Positions 52,091-64,000 of a DNA stretch of 64,000 bases are shown here, piece by piece. The position numbers and the translations under genes were made by a program. Source of the stretch: Cycas panzhihuaensis. Lineage: Eukaryota > Plantae > Cycadophyta. Location: positions 126,425,741 through 126,489,740 of the forward strand of contig CM041465.1 in NCBI GenBank assembly GCA_023213395.1, written 5' to 3'. The notes under the pieces were generated by a model. It ran no database searches, had not been told where the DNA came from, and saw only the letters and a program-made list of their open reading frames with translations. The number at the start of each line of letters is the position of its first letter. The first letter of the stretch is position 1.

Positions 52091-54226
52091 CAAAGGAGTT
52101 ATATTCTATAGGTAGGATGTCAATGATGCTAGAGATTAAATCATGGTTTGAAAGTGGTTCATTAAGGATTATAAGTTAGTTCCTAGTTATTTTGATTTTA
52201 ATCAAGTGGTGTGCAACGCTGCCAAAAAATGTATACTTTTATCAAAACGTTATGAACTTAAAGAAGATAAGTCATGAAAATAAGATTAATTTTAGATTCA
52301 CGTATTCATTATAGGGTGTACCCTATGCTTGGCACAAATAATTATACCCAACTAAGACATGGGAGAATATTATGAAGTAATTTAAGGAGATATTGTAAAA
52401 GTTTTTAAGTAATGAGGTAGTGGAGTTATCTCTCAAGGAAATGAGATAAAGGCTAGTAGAATTACTTTTAATACGTATATGAAAAATAAATATTAAAGTT
52501 GTAAGTATTATGAATGGAGAAAAAATCATGGATTATAATAAGAGAAACTATTTTATAAATGGGCTAAATTCTAAAGTAAGGGCCATAATGGTGATTCATT
52601 CCTTGAAATGCTTCCATTTCACACATGAGTTGGTATTACACTTTGAGAAAGAGATGGGCATTTAAAAGGGCAGCCATAAACCTTATTATTTAGATCACAA
52701 GATAAAATGTAATAATTTAGAAGCCAAAATATAAATAAACCTTGCTATTAAGAAACAAAAATAAAGGAGACCTCAAAAGTAGAAGCCTTTAAAAAGGAAG
52801 TCACAAGATTAAAGTTATAAAGAAAGAAACATCAGCGTACTAAGGAGAAGAAGAATAAAAAAATATAAGGGTAACGAACCGTAATTGAAGAAGTGGTGTC
52901 ACATTTGTGATAATAATTCATATTCTAGTAAAAAATGTGACCTAAATGAGAGGAATAATATGGTAAAAGAGTAAAGTACATGGTGTTATATTTATGATAT
53001 GTATAACCATAATATGAATAAACACTATTTTAATATATGTAAAACAAACCAATACTAAGACAAGTTATGGAAGAAGGAACAACTTAACCATGATGCAATA
53101 TACTAATGACGCAGGAAGGCATGTGAAAAAATAATAATGCATGAAGAGAGAGTAAAGGAAATGTACTAAACTAACTAAAATAATAGAGATAAAATTGATC
53201 TATCCTCATAGAAAATACCTATAGAGAGATCAAACATCACCTAATAAGAAGGCTGTTAAAATCTAAGAGGTCCACTAGAGCATATATGCCTAAACTATTG
53301 AGAAAAGTATGTGCTTGGCCTATTGCAGATACCCTTTATAAAGAAGAATATCCTATCCTAACCCAGACTCTTAAATATACCTAAAACACTAGACTCAATC
53401 TTAAAATATGAGAAGGGACTAACTAGAGTAAGAGGCCTAAAGGAGTTAAGACCACATGATCCATATGATCATTAGGTAGGTTCTTGGAAAATTATCAATA
53501 GCAGTGACTCATCTCACATAAGTTTGAGATAGGCTAACAGTACATGCATTTAACTCCAACTAGCATCAAGCTCTAATAGGTAAAATAAAAAGAGGCCACC
53601 GCTTCTCAATAAGATGCATAGAGTTCACTCAGTTGTTGAGGCCACACATATAAACGCATAGTGAGGGTAGATGCCCACCATTAGGCCAATCAGAATATGA
53701 ATCGAACGACTCTTCTCACATAAGGCCAAAAGATCACCTCTCTCATCTAATGGTTAAATCTAGGTTCAAAGAAAGTGATCTACCTTATTTGTAAAAGAAT
53801 AAGTACTTTGAGATATTATGTATCTTGATGTATTTTGTATATGCAAGAAGATAATTTATATCTTCTTGTTGTTTAGGAGATTAAAGTCAAATAATTATTG
53901 TTGAACTAATTTCTAGGTGTGATGTTGATGTACTCTAAAGTAAATAAATGGCAATTCATTATTTTGAATCAAATAAGAAAACCAATGACAAAAAGAGTTA
54001 AATTTAAGATTCAAATGTTTATTAGATGAATAAAGAGCGAGAAGTTATTTTCTTTCATTGCATTTGGACGTTACTAATATTGACAACACAATGTAGATGA
54101 TGCACTATAAGGAGCGAATGATTCCCATGGATTACATCTGCATTCATTTTAGTTTGTAGAAATGGTGCTTCAAAGCTTCATTAGCTGAAAGACATTCCCT
54201 TGGGTCAAACTTCAAGAATCTCGAAG

Positions 54227-57005
54227 ATGGGGTGTTGTTTGAAGAAAACCTCTTCTTTAAGGTCTCTATTGAGGAAAGTACCCTTCACATCCATTTGCTA
54301 AATATTTCGATTAAATTAGATTGCTAAGGACATAACCAAACGGAATGTGATCACATTGGCTACACGGCAAAGGTCTTGTGATAATCAATCCTCTTGTTAT
54401 TTAAAACCTCCCGCTATAAGGCGAGCCATGAAAGTGTCATACTTTCTAAGGCCTTTAACATTTATGGGAGGAGGAACATCCATTAATAATTGTTATACCC
54501 ATTAGGATTTAGTTGAATGCTAGTGGCTTCCACCTGAAGTTCATAAACTAAAATTGGATGTAAAGTTATACTTTCTTGAGTTGTTGATGTAGATGCTACC
54601 GAATCGATGAAGGAGCTGGAGTGTAGGAGGAGGCTAGTTTTGGTGGCTCGACAATTTGTCCAAGAGTCACTTAAGATACAAAACCTACTTCTACTGCTAT
54701 AATATAAGGTTGAGGTGGAGGTAGGTCCTATAAATCTTCTATAAATATTATATCCCGTGTTACGCAAACTTGGTTACCAACTATGTCAAACACTTTATAG
54801 GCTTTACAACAAAGTACATAGCTAAGGAAGATGCATTTCAGGCTCTTGTCATCAAGCTTCTTTTTGTTTTCCTTTGAAATATATTTATATTCCATGCATC
54901 CAAAGATCTTCACGAGTACTACCGATGGTTTCTGACCTGACTAAACTTCTTCAAGAGTAATATTCCTAACTACAATTCTGGGACTTATGTTGGTTAGATA
55001 AGTAGTTATGGTTGTGGCATCAACCTAAGATCTAGTGGTAAGATTTGCAGGACTAAGCATTGCTTTTCCTTTATTTATCAATGTCTAATTCATTCTTAAG
55101 ACAACACGATTCTGGTGAGGTGTGTGGGGAGATGGGAACTGATGTTGGATGCCATGTCCCTTGCCCAAAATGTTGAACTGATTAGAAATATACTCACCAC
55201 CATTATCAGATCTAAGGAGCTTGATTATCATTCTACTTTTCTTTTCTATGGCAGCTTTGAACTCTTTGAATTTATTTAGGGTTTTATACTTATTTCTTAG
55301 GAAATAGACCTACATTTTCCTTGAGATGTCATCTATGAATGTGATGAAATGCCAGTTTTTATTGAGTGGTTAGATGTATCAACCCAGAAATTTCGGTGGA
55401 CCATCTTTAACTGCTACTGGGATCTCTATGCATTCTTAGAAGGAAAATTTTGTCGTTAGTACTTTTCTATTAGGCAAGCCTGACATATGTTGTTGTACCT
55501 CTTAATTTTATGTAAACCGTGTACGCTTTGGAGCTTAAACGTGAGGTCCAAGCTTTGCATGTTTAAATGGCTTAGTCATTAAATCCATAGATATACTTTG
55601 GAGCTATTTAAGATGACAAATTCCTTTCAATATGAGAATTGACCTGGTTCTTATATACAAGGAGACTCTTCATTAATGACTTCATTTACCTTATCGCTTG
55701 AGTCAGGTTGGGAATTGAACAAGCTTTATTTTATAGAGTAGTTGTAGATACCACCAAACCTATATAGGCCACCATCTTCATGTCTTTTGGCCATGTGTTT
55801 GCATGTTGCATGATCTCATGATTCTAGTAATGCCCTAGCTAAAGAGGACATCTAAATTCGGTTTATTTATTTCATCGATAGAGAGCAAGTTCATCTCCAT
55901 TTCGTGCAAGGAATATATTATTGATGTGGTGCCTCGTATTGAGTCCTTCAAAGCTATTGGAGCACTACCGATTTTGGTTATTATCGTAAGTCAAATTATC
56001 CCCAAATGTGAAAGTTTGAGTATGGATTGCACGGGTCTCTTCTAACATTTTTTCTAATCCGATCATATATCTCGTTACAACTGTCTCAAGGAGCCATGCA
56101 TCCTCATCAAGTTGTGAAGAAACAGCTGCAAAGAATAGGTTATGGAAGGAGGAATCCTAATTGTCTACCACATTACTTCCCTATTATTTATTATTATGCT
56201 GGTTCCTTTAATTTTTGATAGTGAATTGCTGCTTATTTTGAGGTCTTTCTCCTTGAGCAGGTCTCAGATTCCAATTGTGTTGGTAGAATTAGCCTTGTGG
56301 TTGGAATGATGACCCTTCATATTGAATAAGGCCTCTTTATTAGAAATATCAGCCTCCTTGTTACAAAATAAGACCTCGCTATTATGGAAACAAGGCTCTC
56401 TGTAGAAGGCACGATCCTTCTTAGTAATATCCTTGTCTCTATTAAGAGTAACTAAGACCTCCTTGTTGATATGAGGGTGGTTCTTATTAGTAGATTAGGC
56501 CTAATCGTTGATAATAAGAGGTAGCTTATTAGAAGCGAGGCCCATATGATTGGCTCAATTGATTTTACAAGGGCTGAAAATCAACTTGTCCTCACTTGCA
56601 TTAACTAAGTGTCTTTTCTAATTATAGTAGAGGCAATTGACATTTGGTCTCACCTATTAATTCTTTTAAAGTTGTGCATATGGATGGTATTGAGATTGCT
56701 GATGCCAATGAGTTAAACGGGAGGATGAGGTGTTAATTGGTTATTACTTCTCTTAGGTTGGATGTTGATATGGCTCTTGGGATGTGGTCAGAGAATCCAA
56801 TTGTTGAGTTAGATCTTGGTGTTGACTAAGCTGTTGAGTTGATCTATTGATAGTCTTACGCTTTTATGAGTTATGGGTCAGAAGCTGGGAGCGGGGTTAG
56901 ATATACATGTCGCCCTAAGTCAGTTGAGTATATTCTCCTCTTATAACAAGAGTTCCTCACAGGTCGTGAAGTCTATTTTGGAATAATTACCATGTAATTC
57001 TAAAC
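54227..57005 (-). mobile_element. Degenerate copia fragment (monomer copy)
   Basis: ORF 54728-54913; collinear with other copies. Confidence 0.88.
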
Positions 57006-59099
57006 AAAGGAGTTATATTATATAGATAGGATGTCAGTGATGCTAGAGATTAAATCATGGTTTAAAAGTAGTTCATTAAGGATTATAAGTTAGTTCCTAG
57101 TTATTTTGACTTTAATCAAGTGGCGGCAACATCGCCAAAAAGGTATACCTTTATTAAAACTTTATGAACTTAAAGAAGATAAGTTATGAAAATAAGATTA
57201 ATTTTAGATTCACGATTTATTATAGGGTGTACCCTATGCTTGGCACAAATAATTACACCCAACTAAGACATGGGAGAATATTATGAAGTAATTTAAGGAG
57301 ATATTGTAAAAGTTTTTAAGTAATGAGGTAGTGGAGTTATCTCTCAAGGAAATGAGATAAAGGCTAATAGAATTACTATTAATACGTATATAAAAAATAA
57401 ATATTAAAGTTGTAAGTATTATGAATGGAGAAAAAATCATGGATTATAATAAGAGAAACTATTTTATAAATGGGCTAAATTCTAAAGTAAGGGCCACAAT
57501 GGTGACTCATTCCTTGAAATGCTTCTATTTCACACATGAGTTGGTATGCAACCATAAACCTTATTATTTAGACCACGAGACAAAATGTAATAATTAATAA
57601 GCCAAAATATAAATAAACCTTGCTATTAAGTAACAAAAGTAAAGGAGACCTCAAAAGTAGAAGCCTTTAAAAAGGAAGTCATAAGGTTAAAGTTATAAAG
57701 AAAGAAACCTCAACTTACTAAGGAGAAGAAGAACAAAAAAATATAGGGGTAACGAACCGTAATTGAAGAAGTGGTGTCACATTTGTGATAATAATTCATA
57801 TTCTGGTAAAAAATGTGACCTAAATGAGAGGAATAATATGGTAAAAAAGTAAAGTATATGGTGTTATATTTGTGATTTGATAACCATAAAATGAATAAAC
57901 ACTATTTTAATATATGTAAAATAAACCAATACTAAGACAAGTTATGGAAGAAGGAACAATCAACCATGATGCAATATACTAATGAAGCAGAAGGCATGTG
58001 AAAAGTAATAATGCATGAAGAGAGAGTAAAGGAAATGTACTAAACTAACTAAAATAATAGAGATAAAATTAATCTATCCTCATAGAAAATACCTATAGAG
58101 AGATCAAACATCACGTAATAAGAAGGCTATCAAAATCTAAGAGGCCCACTAGAGCATATATGCCCAAACTATTGAGAAAAGTATGTGCTTGGCCTATTGT
58201 AGATACCCTTTATAAAGAAGAATGTCCTATCCTAACCTAGACTCTTAAATATACCTAAAACACTAGACTCAATCTTAAAATATGAGAAGGGACTAACTAG
58301 AGCAAGAGGCCTAAAGGAGTTAAGACCATAGGATCCATATGATCATTAGGTAGGTTCTTGGAAAATTATCAATAGTAGTGACTCATCTCACATAAGTTTG
58401 AGATAGGCTAATAGTACATGCATTTAACTCCAACTAGCATCAAGCTCTAATAGGTAAAATAAAAAGAGGCCACCGCTCTCAATAAGATGCATAGAGTTCA
58501 CTCACTTGTTGAGGCCACACATAGAGACGCATACTGAGGGTAGGTGCCTACCATTAGCCCAATCGTAATATGAATCAGAAGACTCTTCTCACATAAGGCC
58601 AAAAGATCACCTCTCTCATCTAATGGTTAAATCTAGGTTCAAAGAAAGTGATCTACCTTATTTGTAAAAGAATAAGTACTTTGAGATATTATGTATCTTG
58701 ATGTATTTTGTATATGCAAGAAGATAATTTATATCTTCTTGTTGTTTAGAGATTAAAGTCAAATAATTATTGTTGAACTAATTTCTAGGTGTGATGTTGA
58801 TGTACTCTAAAGTAAATAAATAGGAATTCATTATTTTGAATCAAATAAGAAAACCAATGACAAAAAGAGTTAAATTTAAGAATCGAAATGTTTACTAGAT
58901 TTAATAAAGAGCGAGAAGTCGCTTTTCTTTCATTGTGTTTGGACGTTACTAATATTGACAACACAATGTAGATGATGCACTATCAAGAGCGAATGATTCC
59001 CAGGGATTACATCTACCTTCATTTTAGTTTGTAGAAATGGTGCTTCAAAGCTTCCTTAGTAGAAAGACGCCCTTGGGTCAAACTTCAACAAACCTCAAG

Positions 59100-61875
59100 A
59101 TGGGGTGTTGTTTGAAGAAAACGCCTTCTTTAAGGTCTCGTTGAGGAAAGTACCCTTCACATCCGCTTGCTAAATATGTCGATTAAATTAGATTGCTAAG
59201 GACATAACCAAATGGAATGTGATCACATTGGCAAAGGTCTTATCATAATCAATCCCCTCTTGTTATTTAAAAGCTCTTGTTATAAGGCGAGCTTTGTGAG
59301 TGTCATACTTTGTAAGGCCTTTTAGCGCTTATGCGAGGAGGAACATCCATTAATAATTGTTATACCCATTAGGATTTAGTTGAATGCTAGTGGCTTCCAC
59401 CTGAAGTTCATCAACTAAAATTGGAGGTAAAGTTATACTTTCTTGAGTTGTTGATGTAGATGCTACTGGAATCGATGAAGGAGCTGGACTGTAGGAGGAG
59501 ACTAGTTTTGATGGCTCCACAATTTGTCCAAGAGTCACTTAAGATACATAAACTACTTCTACTACTATAATATAAGGTTGAGGTGAAGGTAGGTCCTATG
59601 AATCTTCTATAAATATTATATCCCGTGGTTATGTAAACTTGGTTACCAACTATGTCAAACACTTTATAGGCTTTACAACCAAGTACATAGCTAAAGAAGA
59701 TGCATTTTAGGCTCTTGTCATCAAGCTTCTTTTCATTTTCCTTTGAAATATATTTATATTCCATGCATCCAAAGATTTGCACGAGTACTATCGATGGTTT
59801 CTGACCTGACCAAACTTCTTCAAGAGTAATATTCCTAACTGCAATTCTAGGACTTATGTTGGTTAGGTAAGTAGTTATGGTTGTGGCATCAACCCAAGAT
59901 CTGGTGGTAAGATTTGCAACACTAAGCATGGCTTCTCCTTTATTTATCAATGTCTAATTCATTCTTTTGACTACACCATTTTGTTGAGGTGTGTGAGGAG
60001 TTGGGAACTGATGTTGATGCCATGTTCACCGCCCAAAATGTTGAACTGATTAGAACTATACTCTAAGCCACCATTATCAGATTTAAGGAGCTTGATTATC
60101 ATTCTACTTTTCTTTTTTATGGCAGCTTTGAACTCTTTGAATTTATTTAGGGTTTTATACTTATTCTCGTGAGATAGACCTACATTTTCCTTGAGAAGTC
60201 ATCTATGAATGTGATGAAATGCCGCCTTTTATTGAGTGGTTAGATGTGCACCGATCCGCGAATTCTGGTGGACCGCCTCTAACTGCTACCGAGGATCTCC
60301 ATGCTCTTAGAAGGAAAAATTTCTTTAGTGCTTTTCTATTAGGCAAGCCTCACATATGTTGTTGTACCTCTTAATTTTATGTAAACCATGTACCATTTGG
60401 AGCTTAAACATGAGGTCCAAGCTTTGCATGTTTAAATGACTTAGGCATTAATTCCATAGGTGTACTTTGAGCTATTTGAGATGATAATTTCCTTTCAATA
60501 TGAGAATTCACCTGGTTCTTATATATAGGGGGACTCTTCATTAATGACTTCATTTACCTTATCAATTTGAGCTATGTTGGGAATTGAACAAGCTTCATTT
60601 TATGGAGTAGTTGTAAGGGGGATACCACCCAACCTATATAGGCCACCATCTTCATATCTTATGGCCACAAGCTTGCACGCTGCGTGATCTCATGATTCTA
60701 CTAATGCCCTAGACAAAGAGGACATCTAAATCCTGATTGTTTATTTCATTGATATAGGGCAATTTCGTCTCCATTTCCGGTGCAAGGAATATATTATTGA
60801 TGTAGTGCCTCATATTGAGTCCTTCAAAGCTATTGAGCCCTACCAATTTTGGTATTATCGTAAGTCAAATTATCCCCAAATGTGATAGTTTAAGTATCGA
60901 TCGGGTGTCTCTTCTAATATTTTTCTAATCCGATCATATATCTCGTTGCACCTGACTCAAGGAGCCATGCATCCTCATCAAGTTGTGAAGAAAGAGCTGC
61001 AAAGAATAGGTGATGGAAGGAGGAATCCTAATTGTCTACCACATTACTTCCTATTATTTATTATTATGTCGGTTTCTTTAATTTTGATAGTGAATTGTAG
61101 CTTATTTTGAGGTCTTTCTCCTTGAAAGGTGTCTCAGATTCCAATTGTGTTGGTAGAATTGGCCTTGTGGTTGGAATGATGACCCTTCTTATTGTTGAAT
61201 AAGGCCTCTTCATTGGAAATATAGGCCTCCTTGTTACAAAATAAGACCTCGCTATTATGGAAACGGGTCTCTTTGTAGAAGGCACGATCCTCCTTAGTAA
61301 TATCCTTGTCTCTATTAAGAGTAACTAGGACCTCCTTGTTGATATGAGGGTGGTCCTTATTAGTAGATTAGGCCTAATCGTTGATAATAAGAGGTAGCTT
61401 ATTAGAAGCGAGGCCTATATGATTGGCTCAATTGATTTTACAAGAGTTGTGAATCAACTTGTCCTCACTTGCATTAACAGAAGTGCCTTTTTTTATCATA
61501 GTAGAGGCAATTAACATTTGGTCTAACATATTAATTCTTTTAAAGTTGTGCATATGGCTGGTATTGAGACTGTTGATGCCAATGAGTTAGACGGGAGGAG
61601 GAGGTGTTAATTGGTTATTACTTCTCTTAGGTTGGTTGTTGATATGGCTCTTGGGATATGGTCAGAGAATCCAAGTGTTGAGTTAGATCTTGGTGTTGAC
61701 TAAGCTGTTGAGTTGATCTATTAATAGTCTTACGCTTTTATGAGTTATGGGTCAGAAGGTAGGAGCGGGTTAGATATACATGTCGCCCAAGTCGGGCTTG
61801 AGTATATTCTCCTCTTATAACAAGAGTTCCTCACAGGTCGTGAAGTCTATTTTGGAATAATTACCATTTAATTTG
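59100..61875 (-). mobile_element. Degenerate copia fragment (monomer copy)
   Basis: ORF 59411-59950; collinear with other copies. Confidence 0.88.
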
Positions 61876-64000
61876 GAAACAAAGGAGTTATATTCTATAG
61901 AGATTAAATCATGGTTTGAAAGTGGCTCGTTAAGGATTATAGGTTAGTTCCCGCTATTTTGACTTTAATCAAGTGGTGTGCAACGCCAAAAACGATACCT
62001 TTATCAAAACGTTATGAACTTAAAGAAGATAAGTCATGAAAATAAGATTAATTTTAGATTCACCTATTCATTATAGGGTGTACCCTATGCTTGGCACAAA
62101 TAATTATACCCAACTAAGACATGGGAGAATATTATGAAGTAATTTAAGGAGATATTGTAAAAGTTTTTAAGTAATGAGGTAGTGGAGTTATCTCTCAAGG
62201 AAATGAGATAAAGGCTAGTAGAATTACTTTTAATACGATATGAAAAATAAATATTAAAGTTGTAAGTATTATGAATGGAGAAAAAATCATGGATTATAAG
62301 AAGAGAAACTATTTTACAAATGGGCTAAATTCCATTTCACACATGAGTTGGTATTACACTTTGAGAAAGAGATGGGCATTTAAAAGGGCAGCCATAAACC
62401 TTATTATTTAGATCACAAGATAAAATGTAATAATTAAGAAGCCAAAATATAAATAAACCTTGCTATTAAGTAACAAAAATAAAGGAGACCTCAAAAGTAG
62501 AAGCCTTTAAAAAGGAAGTCACAAGATTAAAGTTATAAAGAAAGAAACCTAAACTTACTAAGGAGAAGAAGAACAAAAAAATATAGGGGTAACGAATCAG
62601 AATTAAAGAAGTGGTGTCACATTTGTGATAATAATTCATATTCTAGTAAAAAATGTGACCTAAATGAGAGGAATAATATGGTAAAAAAGTAAAGTACATG
62701 GTGTTATATTTGTGATATGGATAACCATAATATGAATAAACACTATTTTAATATATGTAAAACAAACCAATACTAAGACAAGTTATGGAAGAAGGAACGA
62801 CTTAACCATGATGCAATATACTAATGGCGCAGAAGGCATGTGAAAAAATAATAATGCATGAAGAGAGAGTAAAGGAAATGTACTAAACTAACTAAAATAA
62901 TAGAGATAAAATTGATCTATCCTCATAGAAAATACCTATAGAGAGATCAAACATCACCTAATAAGAAGGCTGTCAAAATCTAAGAGGTCCACTAGAGCAT
63001 ATATGCCTAAACTATTGAGAAAAGTATGTGCTTGGCCCATTGCATATACCCTTTATAAAGGAGAATATCCTATCCTAACCCAGACTCTTAAATATACCTA
63101 AAACACTAGACTCAATCTTAAAATATGAGAAGGGACTAACTAGAGTAAGAGGCCTAAAGGAGTTAAGACCACATGATCCACATGATCATTAGGTAGGTTC
63201 TTGGAAAATTATCAATTGCAGTGACTCATCTCACATAAGTTTGAGATAGGCTAATAATAGTACATGCATTTAACTCCAACTGGCATCAAGCTCTAATAGG
63301 TAAAATAAAAAGAGGCCACTGCTCTCAATAAGATGCATAGAGTTCACTCGGTTGTTGAGGTCAAGACATATAAACGCATAGTGAGCGTAGATGCCCACCA
63401 TTAGGCCATTCAGAATATGAATCATAAGACTCTTCTCACATAAGGCCAAAAGATCACCTCTCTCATCTAATGGTTAAATCTAGGTTCAAAGAAAGTGATC
63501 TACCTTATTTGTAAAAGAATAAGTACTTTGAGATATTATGTATCTTGATGTATTTTGTATATGCAAGAAGATAATTTATATCTTCTTGTTGTTTAGAGAT
63601 TAAAGTCAAATAATTATTGTTGAACTAATTTCTAGGTGTGATGTTGATGTACTCTAAAGTAAATAAATGGCAATTCATTATTTTGAATCAAATAAGAAAA
63701 CCAATGACAAAAAAGAGTTAAATTTAAGAATCGAAATGTTTACTAGATTTAATAAAGAGCGAGAAGTCGCTTTTCTTTCATTGTGTTTGGACGTTACTAA
63801 TATTGACAACACAACGAGATGACGACTATCGTGAGCGAATGATTCCTGTGATTACATCTACGCTCATTTTAGTTTGTAGAAATGGTGCTTCAAAGCTTCC
63901 TTAGTCGAAAGACGCTCCTTGGGTCAAACTTCAACAAACCTAGAAGATGGGGTGTTGTTTGAAGAAAACCTCTTCTTTAAGGTCTCTATTGAGGAAAGTA

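Larger units (their letters stand above)
47734..64000. repeat. Right block of the same ~4.9-kb macrosatellite (runs off the window end)
   Basis: In-phase starts at 49898, 54822 and 59691 (periods 4924 and 4869). The sequence resumes the monomer exactly after the gypsy insertion. Confidence 0.97.

Noticed and set aside
1-64000. CRISPR array, rDNA/5S or tRNA repeat, telomeric repeat, or a centromere call
   Set aside because: No such motifs were recognised, and centromeric function cannot be inferred from sequence alone.

Overview
Plant nuclear heterochromatin-like window, not prokaryotic. About 48 kb is a tandem array of a ~4.9-kb chimeric monomer. In-phase starts are at 1, 4871, 11266, 13990, 18872, 20733, 25595, 34158, 49898, 54822 and 59691, and some monomers are deleted or rearranged. 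Each complete monomer joins four parts: a decayed Ty1/copia gag-pol fragment (- strand), a decayed gypsy-type gag relic (+ strand), an unassigned AT-rich stretch, and the last 28 codons plus ~410 bp of 3' flank of a LAMMER/AFC kinase gene. The only full-length copy of that kinase (28803-29974, -) sits inside the array. It is intronless, has DFG->NFG, and has one frameshift in a homopolymer. It lies in a longer ~9.6-kb monomer that also keeps the copia RT-RNaseH and 3' LTR. A 10.8-kb Tat-type Ty3/gypsy element (36929-47733, -; 2.5-kb LTRs, GCAT target duplication, tRNA-Arg-like PBS) is inserted in one monomer. It is non-autonomous: the RT N-terminus is fused to the integrase C-tail. It retains gag-protease and an extra archaeal-type RNase H downstream of pol. 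The sequence shows long-read-type indel noise, so individual frameshifts are unreliable. All translations and alignments were done by eye and no database search was run.
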